A stretch of 64,000 nt of DNA from the human T2T-CHM13v2.0 reference genome, Homo sapiens, in the NCBI RefSeq assembly GCF_009914755.1, contig NC_060931.1; one strand, 5' to 3'. This document shows positions 27,254 to 42,564 of the stretch, piece after piece; positions within the stretch are counted from its first letter, which is position 1; each line of letters opens with the position of its first letter. Both the position numbers and the translations under genes were made by a program. Under the pieces are notes generated by a model that was not told where the DNA came from, did no database searches, and worked only from the letters and a program-made list of their open reading frames with translations.

Positions 27254-29987
27254 TGAGATCTGAGTTCTTATTCCCCAGATCAGTAACTAGCTGTGCGGCT
27301 TTGAACGGGTCCCTTCACTTCTCAGAGCCTCTTTTTCCTCGTGTGAAAGAAAGGGAAGGAATTTTTACAGTTTTATTTGTATGTGTCTATTTCATCTCCA
27401 TTTTATTAAAAACTGGGCTCAGGTTGAACACACTTGGTCAAAATGAACCCTCTTTCTAAATGCCAATTCACAGGATTGTTCCATATCCAGAGATGTGTGG
27501 ATGGAAAGGTTCCTTATTCAAATCTTATTAATGAATTCCAGACACCCAGGACACCCCCAGCAACAAGGAATCTTTCGCTGAGTTGGTTCATGCCATTTTT
27601 GGACAGCATGAATTATCACAGATGTCTCCAGGTAATATGTCTCCTCATAATTTCTACGTCAAACTCACTTTTCTCTACTCTAGTCACATGTATGCATAAA
27701 TTGCTTTACTAGAAATGGGCAGAGAGATTTTGGAATTTTCATTGCCAACATCACAATTTCAAATAGGAAAAATAAAAAGCTTTTTTTCTTCCAGCAGAGA
27801 ATGCATGAAACTCAGTTGATAATTCTTACAAATGGTACCAAACAAAGGAAGAAAATACCAGAACCAATGGGCTAATGCAACACAATACAAAGAACAGAGG
27901 AGAATGGGAATTTCCATGAAGTGGGTAACCTATTTTTGGCAAGGTAAATGAAACATTAACATATTATATTAGAGTAATTCAGGTGAAAGAAAACATACAG
28001 CCTATAAACTTTGGGATGGGGGAATGATTGTGGCAAATAGCTTCTCACTGTGCTTGTATTAGCATAACTAGTAGATATAAGCTCATTTTTCAGGGTTTTA
28101 TGATTCTGACACTATAAATCCAAAGTAGACTTGAACTTGTTAAGTACATGATTCATATAATTTTGTTTACATAACTGAACTAAAGAAAGGAAGACAAGAT
28201 AAAAATTCTACTACGGAATTTGTTGTTTTCTTTCAAGCATTTACAAATATTAGAGATAATCTTCCTTTTTATTTAAACAAAACTGTTTAACATCTGCTTT
28301 TTATAATATTGTTATTTCTTGTGAACATTCAGGTTTGAAACTCTTGTTCCCAAGAATTACTTGCAAATATCACATAACTAAAATTCCAAAAAAAGAAGCA
28401 TGCACACACCCCATAACTCCAGCAAATCCTTGATTAACTGAAAGTCAAAACCCAACCAAACAGAATTCCAGATGAGCTGAAGCTTTTCCTTTCCATATGA
28501 CTTTTATAAGAAAGTAGGAAACTACAAAAAAGATACAAATTTATTTAAAGCAAAAGATTTGCTGAACATATCGGTAGTTTAGTACATATTCAGCTTCACT
28601 GTCCATGCTTGGTATAAAGTATTGTACAAAAAACCATGCTCATGATGAGGTATGAACTGTTCCTTTTATCTCTACCTCAAATTCTTTTGTGGAACAAAGC
28701 AGAATGTAAGCAGGTATTATCTTTTATCTCTACAACTTTAATGCTTAGCACATTGATTAGACCTGCATACTAAAATATTTGTGTTAACAAATTAATAAAG
28801 AGTGGCAAATTAGAGGCAAAGCATGCTAAATTTAAAAAGATTCATGATTGCTCTGCATATGGAACGTAAGCTCATAGCATCTTAAGGTTTAAAGAGACCT
28901 TGGAGACTTACTTAGCCCTCCTTGGTGCAGGGCTCCTCCAAGAACATTCTAATGTTTTAAAAAATGCTTTGGTATTAGCTACCATATTGGGAACACACGC
29001 ACATGCGCACGTGCATACAAACACACACACACACCCCTTATTATTTCAGTCTTATGAGATAGATGTATTTATCTTGCAACCGGGGAAACTGAGGTTCAGG
29101 AAGTGACAGAGGGAAGACAAGGAAGAAGAAAAAGTCAGAAAGAAGTGTAACATGTTTTTGCCAATTCTTTTCTATGGTCTAAGATCCAAGAATAAGTAAG
29201 AAATTAATCAGACAAGATGAAAATGTGCCTCCCCTGCCCCATGCAAATACCAATATTATAACTGACTTACTGAGATATATGAAGCTAAGATAGTCCCTGG
29301 AACACACTACACACATAAATGTTAGCTTCCTTTCTTTTCAGTATGTTACAGCATCTTGGGGACAAGTAAAGATATTTAGGACCCATTCTCAACTCTGAAA
29401 ATTTTGGAATTATCGCATAACTAAAGAGAGTTATGAGGAATGCTAAAACCCTTTCCCCTAAGAATAATCAGTGTAATTGTGTTTCTTACTTTAATTTAAA
29501 ATTCAACGTGTATATGTCTCCTTCCCCCCGCCCCAAGGATATAAATAACTGGAATGACTGAATACAGCACAAAATACAGACGTGGGGAAAGGGTGGCAGT
29601 TTTAACTTTGAAATTCACTATACTTGTCAGTTAAAGTCAGGCCTAAAGCATTAATTTATTCTGAAACATTAATTAACTGGAGCTTTTTTGCATTTAATTT
29701 TCTCTGGCATTTTGGAATTTATTCTAAGCCCTGTGGAAATGGCAGGTCTGATGTTATTAAAGTTAGCCTTTCAGAAAGTCCTCAAACTGAAGACTCCTAC
29801 ACATTAAAAAATGCTGAGAGTCCAGATAATGCAAACCTAAAGTATTATTAAAGGGTATTCTTTACACATGAAAGAAAAACCTTACGTTTATTAAAAATGA
29901 ATTAAACTGTCAGAAGTCTTCAATTTTACATAATGTTTGAGCCCTTTAAACACATAAAAAAAATCTAAAGCCAGTTTCATTTTTTTA

Positions 29988-30560
29988 TTCATTCATTCAC
30001 CCACTCCTTTAAGAATCTGTTGAGTGCCAACTATGTGCCAGGCAGATACTGCTCCAAGTGGGGCAAGCAAGGTCCTGTTCTTGTGCAGTTTACAATCTAG
30101 ATGGGAAAATAACAAACAACAAATATGTAAGAAAATATCGAAGAGAGATGAGTACTATAAAGAAAATTAAAGAGTAATGTAATCAAGAGTGACTGGTAAG
30201 GCCTCTGTGAAGAGGAAGAACTTATGTCAAGTCCTAAATGATCAGCAGTTGGCTACACAAAGTCTGGGGGTAAACATCTCAGAGAGAGGGATACACGGTG
30301 CCACAGTGGGGAGGTGGGAATGAGCCAGACAGGTGTGAGGAGGAGGAAGGCAGCCATAGAGTCTAGGCCACCCGGCAGATGAGGGTGTCGGGGTGTAGAA
30401 GTGTGTTTGGTGGGATCAAGAGTTGTATTTTGGACATATGGAGTTTTAGATACCCACTTAAAAGAATGGTATGATAAAACACTAATGTACAGCAATTCCA
30501 TGATCGCCCAGAGTTAAGAGAGGAATTGGGAATGGAATTCAGAGATGGATGCCAGTGACT
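29988..30560 (-). mobile_element. L2 LINE fragment
   Basis: 'attcattcattcac...ttgagtgccaactatgtgccaggca...aaggcctctgtgaagagg...ttttggacatatggagttttagatacccact'. Confidence 0.8.
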
Positions 30561-31510
30561 GCAGCGACGTAAGGTAGAAGACCACAATTCTCTAACAAGC
30601 TTTATCCCAAGAATCACTTCAGATATTCCATTTAATCGGCTAATATTTAATTTAATATGCCCCAAATTCAACATAGCAGACACTATGTTCCTTAATGTTC
30701 TATTAAGGAAAGGAAGAAGACCCATCTAGAAACCACAGAGATTATTTCTATTACATAGATAACACAGTGTGCTCTCAAAGACACAAATTCTTTCAGAAAT
30801 GCATATAAATGGGTGCCCTAGATATATGTGGCAAAATTTTTTAAAAATTAAAATGTGTGTAATCAGAGAGAGTATTTGGAGAACGTAAGAGCAAAAGGCT
30901 TTCTAGGGGTGGTTCACAACACAAATAACTATTGTTTACCTGGAGAATGTGTGTTTGAGCCCAGTTCTGTGCATGTCTGCATGGGTGTGAGTGCACGAGT
31001 GTGTATGATTTGATATTGCTGACGGTGGAGGGAGGGAAGTTCACCCTCTTTCCAAGTCAGATTGCCCAAATGATTATACCTCCTTGCTTGGGATGCTTTG
31101 AGCTTGACTTTAGATGGATAAATAGTTTATAATTTGGTATAAGCTATTTTTTAAAAGGTGACATTTTTTAAAAGGTATGGGAAAAATGAAACTAGACATC
31201 TTGCTATGCAAATTTCTGAGGCAGCACAGAATTCCATGGCCACATCTACTTCCCAAGACACAGCCTTCCAGAAGCCAGTGAGATATCACCGCTTCTTGTG
31301 CCTCTTTACTTTCCAAGACATGTTTGTGTCTGAGCCTCATCAGCCTAAGGGCAAGACCTACATACTTCAGATGATTTGCATTGATGGGTTATGACTATAA
31401 TACATACCAGAGTTAACAATCTTGATTCCAAGTCTCCTTGACTACATTTGGGAAAGGGCCACCTTACTTTTTATTAATAAATCTTCAGAGAATTCCCCTG
31501 TACGCAGCTG

Positions 31511-31539
31511 TCTGAGATACTCATCTTGAGTATCTCAGA
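31511..31539. repeat. Perfect inverted repeat, 13-bp arms with 3-nt spacer
   Basis: tctgagatactca-tct-tgagtatctcaga. Confidence 0.95.
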
Positions 31540-31769
31540 AACAGTATTTCTCATACCCACAAATGCTACTCATGACTAAGTTCTCTAAGAAACTGGCAGG
31601 GAGTCATTTCCACAACTGTTTGACTTTCAAAGAATGGCTCCTTTCTACTCCTGTAGGAGGAGATCAAGCCGAACTGGGCACCAAGGATCTAGATCACCCT
31701 ATGAAGTGCTGCCCTCAAACACATTCTCTGTACAGTCACAGATGGTGGGGTCACCCAAGGAAAATAAAG

Positions 31770-32225
31770 CCCTGGGTGCCTAAAAGAGGCAGCCCTCTTG
31801 GGGAAGCACAGAAGTAAACAGTGACAACCAAGAGGAAGAATGTGCTGAAAGCACACAGGATAGGTTTTGAAGGATCAATAGGAGTTCGTTAAGAGGGCTG
31901 AGAGATGGTGACAATATTTCAAAGAGATGGAGCCAACTGTGACAGAAAGAGGCAAGGTGGAGTGTGATGTGTGGAACAAGTAGCCCCATCTGATTACCGT
32001 GCAGGGTGTGGGGAGGGAAGGGGAGACTACTGCCAGCTCCATTCAGAAAGACCTTAGAGTTCCTGCTAGAGTGGGACAATTGCCCTGAAGGAAATGGAGA
32101 AGCACAGAAGAATTCTGAGTCTGAGGGGGAGCTGGGGGGAGTTGGGTTCCTGACATGATCAAGTTTTAGAAAGACCACTGGAAATGGCAGCAGCTGAAGA
32201 ATGGATGGGTTAAGGCTGGGGAGGT
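31770..32225 (-). mobile_element. L2 LINE fragment
   Basis: 'ggttttgaaggatcaataggagtt...tttcaaagagatggag...tgacatgatcaagttttagaaagaccactgg...gaagaatggat'. Confidence 0.6.
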
Positions 32226-32366
32226 GTGAAGACTAAAGCCAAAGCAGAAAGCAAATTAATTTATGTTAAAAACCAAAGTAACAACTGTCCTTTAACCAAC
32301 TGCTTGGCAGGAGGGATTGTTTTTAAAACATTGTTGTCTTGGTTGTCTCCTATGCACTATAACATA

Positions 32367-32716
32367 TAGACATGTACTGCAGAACAACATTTTGGTCAAT
32401 GATGGAACACTTACGTGATGGTGGTCCCATAAGGTTGTAATGCTGTATTTTTACTGTACCTTTTCTATGTTTAGATACACAAATACCATTGTGTTATAAT
32501 CACCTACAGTATTCAGTACAGTAACATACTATATGGGTTTGTAGCCTAGAAGCAATAGGCTATAGCATATAGCCTAGGTGTGTAGCAGGCTCTACCATAT
32601 AGGTTTTTGTAAGTACACTCTTATGATGTTCAGGTAATGATGAAATCACCTAACAATGCATTTCTCAGAACATAGTTTCTCAGAAAGTATTCCCATTGTT
32701 AAGTGATATATGACTG
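32367..32716 (+). mobile_element. Tigger3a/MER7-like TcMar-Tigger DNA transposon relic
   Basis: 'tggtcaatgatgga...ggtggtcccataag...cctacagtattcagtacagtaacat...gcatttctcagaa...gttaagtgatatatgactg'; TA dinucleotides on both flanks (32365-66, 32717-18). Confidence 0.85.
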
Positions 32717-33304
32717 TATTCTACTAAGTACGTGTGCTTTGCCTACCTGACAGTCTCCTGCTGTACTATGATCCTGCAAAAATGTAAGACAGATTTGAAA
32801 CTGCTGCAAAAGATGCATATGATCTGAGCATCACTAGGGAGTATATGGGAATACTGAATGAGGATTCACATTAACAGGTGAAGCTAAGTCTGTAACAATG
32901 AACTGTGACATAAGGAGGCAAGGTAGAGTACTAGGAAGCCAATAAACTGGCGAGCCAATGGCCTTATACAAAAGATGGCTGCTTGTTAATGGTGGACCAC
33001 TAGCTCTCTTTCTCCAAGAACATGAGCTCTTTGGTTGCAAGAATGCCAACTGTTGTGAGTCTGTTTTTTTCTGTGACCTATCACCTGCATCTTTCGGCTC
33101 AAGTGTTGCCTCTTCTGAGAGCCAGAGCGTGAATTACCCTCCCCTAAGCTCGTCATGTTCCACCCACCTTACGGCCCCAACATTTTCTTGGGGGCTACTT
33201 TTTATTCATATTTGTGCTCTCCTGGCCTAGACAAGGGCTGGATACATGAGTTGGTGTTTGTTTTCAGAAACACTGTGAGTTAAACGTTGCTCTAAAATTA
33301 TTAC

Positions 33305-33916
33305 ACAGCCATTGTAGAAAACTGGCAGATCCTCACAAAGTTGAACGTAGAATTACCATATGACGGGCAATTCCACTCTTAGGTAAATACCCAAGAGAGT
33401 GGATACAATTGTTCAAAGACTTGAACATAAATGTTCAAAGCAGCATTATCCATAGTAGCCAGAATGGAAACAACCCAAGTGTCCATTGACTGATGAATGG
33501 GTAAACAAAATGTAGTATATTCTTACAGTGGTATATTATTCAGCCATAAAAAAAAAAGATGTACTGATGCATGCTACAATATGGATGAACCTTGAAAACA
33601 TTATGTTAAGTGAAAGAAACAAGACACAAGAGGCCAGATATAGTATGATTCAACTTAGAGGAAAAATCCAGAAAAAGCAGATCCATAGAGGCAGAAAGCA
33701 GGTTACCGGTTACCAGGAGCAAGGGGGAGGGTGGAGTAGGAAGAGACTGCTTAATGGGTTTGAGGTTTCTTTTGGGGTGATGAAAATGTTCTGAAGTTAT
33801 ACAGTGCTGATGGTTGTACATTACTGTAAATGTACTAAAAACCATTAAATGGTACCCTTTAAAATGTTTAAATGGTGAATAGTACGCTATGTGAACTTCA
33901 CCTCTACTAAAAAAAA
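33305..33916 (+). mobile_element. L1MB-type 3' end
   Basis: 'gaattaccatatgac...gcaattccactcttaggt...atggatgaaccttgaaaacattatgttaagtgaaagaa...gtttcttttggggtgatgaaaatgttctg' plus A tail. Confidence 0.9.
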
Positions 33917-35322
33917 TGCATCAAATATATCTCATCTCACTGAAGACCATAAAATATATCTCATCTCTTCTTAGCTAGTAAGTGTCCATCTGTCCTTCCT
34001 TCCTTCCTCTCAACATTCCTCTCTTCCTCATTCCTTCCTCCATTCCCAGCTTGCTATGAACCTTGAACAAAGGCAAGCAAAGTCTTCACCTGCAAAATGG
34101 GAACTGCATGAAGATGATGATCATACAATTTTCTCTGCTCTAGCATCTGACAGATAATTTGCTGGGATGCTGCAGTTCCTATGGACTGGACATCCCATAG
34201 TAGACAGCAGGTACAGGGATGAGTGATCCCCTTCCTCCCAACTGTCTGCACTGTCCTAGCTGATGAGGTGATATGCCAAAAATTTTAAGAGTCTGCCCAC
34301 CTTCTTTGAAAGTTCAGCAAGACAGTGGGAGTTACAAAGAAAGCTAATAACCTATTCTTCTAAGGAAAAAAAAATCCCACAAAATGTATTTTTCTTTAGT
34401 TTTTAACTAAAAATGACCTTTCTGATTCTATGGCTGGAGGCAGCTATAGTAATGAAAAACGATGTCATTTACTGGTGATACTAACAGTGTGACAGTTACA
34501 GTGAAAAAGGTTATAATCATCAGAGAATTCCTAGGTGTCTACACACCACCTAATTGCTGGGATGCGGGGAGGATACAGATTGAGAGACATTGTAATCACT
34601 CTGGAGCAAAAGACTAACCACCAACCCATTTGGAATATGGTACTCTTGGGACTTTATTCTCAGCTTTTCCTTTAATGCTGCCAGCAACCAGAAAAGCAAA
34701 TGAGAAGGAGTTCAACCCTAAAAGAGATGAAATTTTGACACCAGGGGTCACCATCCTCTTAAACTCTGAATGAGGTGAGACCAGTGCCTAGCCTAAGGGG
34801 CAGGCAGGAAGGAAGAAAAAAGGCTGGGAGGAAGCCAGGAGGAAGGTGAAAATTAGGGAGGCATAAAAGAAATTCTTTTGCTTTGCTTCTTCAAAGAAGG
34901 TGAGGGGCAGGAGGTGGGGGTGGGGATGGGGATGAGTGGTAGGAGTATGTCTACAGAAATGCTGCTGAATGGCTAAGTGCCCTGAAGCCCATTTTCCCTA
35001 AAATCCAAAATATGCTTTCTTTGGACAGTATCTGGGCTACTTTCTTCTTCACCCAATTCAACCCAACCTGAATAACAAAAGAAGGGGAAGCTGCCAGGAA
35101 TGGGAAGAGTTTCTAAGGACTCTTGAGAAAAAGGTCTGCTGAACTGAGATTAAACTATTTCTCCACCACTATGCTTATTTTCTGCTATATTCAAAACCTA
35201 GGGCAAAGGGGAGTGATTATATTCAGAGTAAGAAACATCTATTGGTTTAGTGGGCTAGAGAGGATACACAGAATTGTTAAAAGTGCAATGAGTGTGTGGA
35301 TTAGAAGAACTTCACAGCAGAA

Positions 35323-35656
<334 letters not shown>

Positions 35657-35924
35657 TAAAAATTACAAAATAGCATTTGCAAATTTTTAAAAAGTGGAAA
35701 ACCATTAAACAATTTAAGAAAGCCATATAGAAGTGTAAAGTTAAAAAGTGAGTATCCTTAATCTCCCACTACACCTCCCTAGGTTAATTACTACAAGAAC
35801 TGTGATAGGTTTCCTTCTCTAATGTTTTCAATGTATGAGCAAATATGTAAATGCTTTTGTTATATTTGTATCTGTTTCTTATTCAGTGCTTCCAGCTGTG
35901 CCCAGCATGACACAGGAATTATTT

Positions 35925-36075
35925 CTTTAGTTTCTACAAAACCTTTAGGAGCCAAGTACTACAAAAAGCCCCATTTTTACTGATGGGCAAACTGAGGCGC
36001 AGAGAAGTTAAGCAACTTGCTCAAGGTCAACCAGCTGGTAGATGACAAACCTAGTTCCAGACCTGGCTTGTTAGC
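35925..36075 (-). mobile_element. MIR SINE fragment
   Basis: 'ccccatttttactgatgggcaaactgaggcgcagagaagttaagcaacttgctcaaggtca'. Confidence 0.75.
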
Positions 36076-36129
36076 CCTTATGCTGACATATGGCATCTGT
36101 CCGTGTCAAACCATGGAAAACTAGCTTTT

Positions 36130-38414
36130 TCTTTTCAGATGGCTGCATGGCATTACATATAATGAATACTCCAAATTTTATTTAATCTGTTCCCTTACTA
36201 GGGGACATTTAGGCTGTCCCAAACTTTCCTCTATTATAAATATCATTATGATGAATGTCCGCAGTATAGCAGAACTGTTAGGTCAAAAATAGTATGGTTT
36301 AAGTTTGGATAGGTGTTACCCTCCTAAATAGCCTATGTAAATCTACATTTCTAGAAAGAATGTTCCAAGAGCGTCCTTTCTGACACAACTTCCCAAGTGC
36401 TGGACATTGCCAATCATTTTCATTTTTGGCAATCTGATACATGAAAACTGATTTCAATATTTGTTTTCCCTGATTGTAACTGAAGTTGAAAGTATTTTGA
36501 TATGTTAAATAGTCATTTGTATTTCTTCTGTGGTTGTTCACATCCTTCCAACATTGATCTATTTCATTGTCTTTTCCTTACTGATTTGTGGGAGCTCTGT
36601 ATAAATTTTGAATATTAACGCTTTTTATGTTACATATGTTTCACATATTTTTCTCCCAGTTGGCCCTCCATATTTTAATGTTGTTTATGGTCTCTTTCAC
36701 CATAATTTCATGAAATTGAATTTGTTAAACATTTTAAGACTTCAGGGCTTCTTGTCATGCTTTTAAAGGACTTCTCCATGACTATAAAAATATATTTTCT
36801 TCTAGAATTTTATAGATTTGAAATGTAGTTATGTTATGAATTAGGGATCTAAATATCTATTTTCCCAAAGAGATTGCCAGTTGACTCAACACTATATATT
36901 AAATATCCCATCTATTCTGAGTTGAAAGTTACCTTTATCATATATTAAATTCTCATGTACACATGGATCTCTTTATGGATTCTCCATAGGATATTTTAAA
37001 ATCTGGTGGGGCATATTCCTTCTAATTATTTCTCTTCTTAAAAATAGTTCTTTGATATTTTTGCTTACTTATTCTCCTGTATGAACTTTAGAAACAAACT
37101 TTAAAGTTGTAAAAAGAAATTCTATTAAAATTTCATTGAAATTGCACAGGAATGTTACATTAATTTGAAGAGAATTTATAATACTGAGCTCCTAGCCAGG
37201 AGTGAAATGTATCTCTGTTTATCAATATCACTTTCCAGATACTTCAGTAAATTTCTATCGTTTATCTCATAGACGTTTTTTGTTAATTTTACTTTTACAT
37301 TTTTATAGATTGTGATGCAATTGTGAAAGGTATCCCTTTCATCCCATAATACTATATATATGGTTACTGATATCAGATGAAAACAATATTCATTTTCTTC
37401 AACTTTATTGAAGCTTTATTTCTCCTAATCCATTGCTTCTGATATTTATCATATATGGAGATGATCATATGGATTCTGGCCTTTTATGCCGTTAACTAAG
37501 CAAATTACACTGATTTCCTAATATTGGACTATCCTTGCTTTCCCAGGCTAAGTTTACAATACCACGGAGTATTATTTTTCTGGTATTTTGCTGTACTTGG
37601 TTTACACTTATATTGATAAATTAGATGGTTTCGTGTTTTCTTGATCATATTCTTGTCTGGTTTAAATAACAAGAGTTAAACCAGTCTGTAGAATAAGCCT
37701 GGATGTGTTCTGTCTTTCTCTATGCTTTGGAGGTGTACAAATTACCAGTAAAATAACAAAATCTGTCCCTAGTATCGTTGAGGAGGAAGGAGATTTGGCT
37801 ACTTTTCAGAAAGAATTAGATGGTTGGTTAGAATGAACAGTGCATGGATGGACAGACAGAAGAAAGACCAACTTTCTTCTGTGGTTCCTTTCTATTCATA
37901 TGTTCCTTTTTGAGTCATTTTTGGTAATTTTCAAATTCATTTCTAAAAGACGGATACATAGAAAAATTTTACAAACCTTTGGTTCTATCTCCCTCTTACC
38001 CTCAAGTAAGCTTGCCAGGTGTTCCTATTTTATCAACGTTTTCAAAGAGATTAGTTTTATTTAATCAAATCCATTAGGTTTTTGTCTTTAATCTTGTTTT
38101 GTATAATTTCTGGACTTACAGCTATTACTTAATTAGTTGACTTTTTGCTTTATTATAATAGTTGCTCTTTTTCTCAAATATTGATTTGAATACTTAGTCC
38201 ATTTATTTTCAGCACTTCTAAGTTTCTTTTCTTTTTTAGGCCAGGAATGCTGGCAAAAAGCTTGTCCAATTTTCTTATAAATGTCTTCAAGACTATAATT
38301 TGTTCTCTGAGAACTGCTTTGGCCAGACTTCTGGGTTCCTATATGAAGTACTCTCATTCTTATTAACTTCTAAAGAGTTTGTCATTTTCATTATGATTTC
38401 TTCTTTCACTGAAG
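36130..38414 (-). mobile_element. Ancient L1ME-type LINE, antisense (continues at about 40270-40580)
   Basis: Long T-rich degenerate stretch with L1 motifs 'ggggacatttaggctg', 'tttttggcaatctgat', 'attttcccaaagagattgccagttg', 'atgatttcttctttc'. Confidence 0.75.
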
Positions 38415-38706
38415 AGTTGTAAAAAATGCTCACACAAAACCTTGTAAATGAATGTTCATAGCAGCATTATTCATAATAGCCAAAAGGTAGAATCATCCCA
38501 AATGTCCATCAATGGATGAATGGATAAACAAAATGTAGTATAACCATACAATGGAATATTACTGAGCCATAAAAAGGAAGCCAGTACTGACACGTTACAG
38601 CATTGATGACTCCTGAAAACATGCTAAGGAAAAGAAGCCAGACACCAAAGGCCCCATACTCCATGTTTCTATTTATACGAAATGTCCAGAAGAGGCATGA
38701 GGAAAC

Positions 38707-38848
38707 CTTTTCTTTCTCCCTTCCCTTCCTTCCCTTCCTTCCTTCCCTTCCTTCCTCCCTCCCTCCCTTCCCTTCCCCTCCCCTTCCCTCCCTCCCCTCC
38801 CCTCCCCTCCCTCCCTTCCTCTCTCTCTCTCTCTCTCTTTCTTTCTTT
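38707..38848. repeat. Polypyrimidine/polypurine simple repeat (CCTT/CCCCT/CT), expanded Alu tail
   Basis: About 140 bp of C/T only, abutting the 3' end of an antisense Alu and inside its TSD. Confidence 0.95.
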
Positions 38849-39129
<281 letters not shown>

Positions 39130-40597
39130 GGAAACCCTTTCTTTCTATTCTACTACTTCCAATACTTCACTTCTGACACCAGATGTGTGGGGTTTTCTCC
39201 CTTACACCAAGCAATTCTCTAATCCTTGGCAAAAACCAACTGGTGTCCTACAATATATTCAATTCAATTATGACACTAATCAGAGTTAGTGTCAGTTCCC
39301 ACAGGTAAAGGGCTCAGTCCTGCAAGAATGTCCCTATTTCAGATGCCAATTGAAAGCCCAGGTAGCTGCTTATGCTTCTGAACAACTGGCTATAAACAGG
39401 AAGTTCTGGTAAATAGGAAGCTCTCTTCAGGTTCAATTATTTGCTAGGATGGTTCACAGAATTAGGGGAAACATTTTACTTAAATTTACCCATTTACTAT
39501 AAAGGATACAACTCAGGAACAGCCAAATGGAAGCGAGGCACTGGACGAGCTATGGGAAAGAGGCACAGAACTTCCATGCCCTCTCCGAGCACACCACCAT
39601 CCCAGCACCTTTCTATGTTCACCACCCCAGAAGCTCTCAGAGCCCCATGCTTTAGGAATTTTTATGGAGGCTTCATCACATCGGCATGATTGATTATGAA
39701 TTTAATCTCCAGCTCCTCTCCCCTCCCTAAGGCTGGCAGGTGCGGCTGAAAGCTCCAACCTTCTAACCATGGCTTGGTCTTTCTGGTGGCCAGCCCCATT
39801 CAGAAGCCCACCAAGAGTTGCCTCATTAAAACAACAGATAGTCCTGTCACTCAGGAAATTCCATGAGATGGAGGAGCTCTGTGTCAGGAACTGGGGTCAA
39901 AGACCAAATATTAGAATTAAAGATATATTTAGCACCCCTATTGCTCAGAAAATTACAAGGGTTTTAGGAGCTCTGTGCCAGGCATCAGGGGCAGAAACCA
40001 ATATATTTCTATTTTTATTATGTCGCAAGGCAAATCCATAGAGACAGAAAGTAGGCTAGTGGTTACCAGGGGTTGGAGAAAGAAGTGAATGGGAAGCGAC
40101 TGCTGATGGGCACAGAGTTTCTTTTGGGGGTGATGAAAATGTCCTGATTTTAGACAGTGTTGATGGCTGCACAACTCTGTGAATAGAAAACCCCTGAATT
40201 GTACACTTTAATAGGGTCTATTTTATCTTATATGAATTGTATTCCACAACAACAACAGTTATAAAGAATAGTATTTTTAAACGTCCATGTTGTTAGATTT
40301 GGGAAGGCTAACATCTACTATCACTGTATCTCATTTGGAGAATTTAGACTATGCATGGTGTCCAATTTTTGAAGTGTACAGAGATTTTCTTTGTGGCTTA
40401 GTCTCTGTCAGTTTTTGTAAGTGTCACTAAGTACTTCAAAAGAATATGCATTCTCTTATTGTTGGATTAAAAAAAAGAATTCCAAATACTCTCATTAAGT
40501 CATGCTTGTTGATCGAGTTATTAATATTTTACATATGCTTTCTTTTGTTATTGATTCAGTCAATTTCTGCTAAAGGCATATTAAAGCCTACCACAAT

Positions 40598-41256
<659 letters not shown>

Positions 41257-42564
41257 GTGAGTATAATATTCTTACAATAAATAATAGCTCTAATCTAGTA
41301 AAGTTCTGCATTGTCTCCTGCAAACTGGCTCCTGAAACCTAATTTTTCCAGCTCCTTCTGCATACCCCTCATCTGTTTCACTTATAACCAAGGCGTCTCC
41401 CCAACAAGCCTCACCCATCACACTTCCCCACTAAAAAAATGTCCTGGGGTTCATATGCAAACTCCCTACAAAGGTCAGTGCCACCAAACAGTGCTATAAA
41501 TAACACAGTCCATCAATATTTAAAGCCTGCAAATAAGAACAATTAAAATCAACTAGTAACTCAGAGAACAGAAATCACAAGGAAAGAAATCACACCTAAA
41601 ATTGATTTAGACGGGCATTAGAAACCTTACAAAGTGATTTACTGACAAACTAAACATTCTAGTGTGGCCTAGTGGAAAAGAAAAAATACTGTCATTTTTT
41701 TCTGTTTAGAAGCCAATGCATAAAATCTGAAACTGCAGGTTCACTCTGAGGGCAGGCCTCATGTGATGTTTAAAGGAAAAAAAAATTAACCTTGTGCACA
41801 CCTCCTATACTCAAGATCATTAATGAAAAGCCAAAATGTTTAATTTGCTCTGATGTTTCTGTTTTCTGTCATTTTTGTATAGTTAACAGGATCATAATTT
41901 AAGTAAGTCACACATTGTAAATAACCTGGGTATATTATTCTCTCCTCCTTGGTAATTAGACCACCTTTTGTTACAAAGAATCCTATAAACCATTTAACCA
42001 CGAGTAGCTGTAAACTACTCATATTAAAAAATGGGTGCTTCTGCTCTTAAGAAGTTGAATAGTGCCAAGGAAATTACATAGCTTTTTGTCTCTCCTTCAC
42101 TTGCATTTTATTTGAGTTTCTGGAGTCAGTTTGCTAATTTGATAATTGATATGCAGGTGTAAAAATCTACTATAAAAACTTTTGGAAGAAAGCAATCCCT
42201 ATTGACCCCATCATTTTACTTCAGTGCAAAGCAGACAATCTACACTCAAGACCTCACCTACAAGTGGCTTCTCCAGCAATGCATAAAAAAGATGAAGCCA
42301 TCTGGCACAACAGGAATTGCAGAAGTATTCAACAAATTAAAACAAAGAAACAAACAACACCTCCAATCACTTCAGTTTCTTAAGCAGAGCAAAGCAACTT
42401 GTATCTTTGTGTTACTTGTGATTACTTGATATGCTGATCAACTAGGATGTAAAAATAAAACTTGCAAAAACCAAGCTAAGAATCCTAGTTTTAGAATATA
42501 GGACATCCACAAAGATGAGGAATCATTTTCACCCAAAGAAACAGCGACAAGTATGGATACTGGC

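Noticed and set aside
33528-33845. ORFs resembling the L1 ORF2 C-terminus
   Set aside because: Decayed L1MB fragment with no intact coding capacity
34903-34931. G-run cluster with G-quadruplex potential (also 3863-3880 and 3198-3220)
   Set aside because: Common motif class with irregular loops or only three runs, and no supporting context
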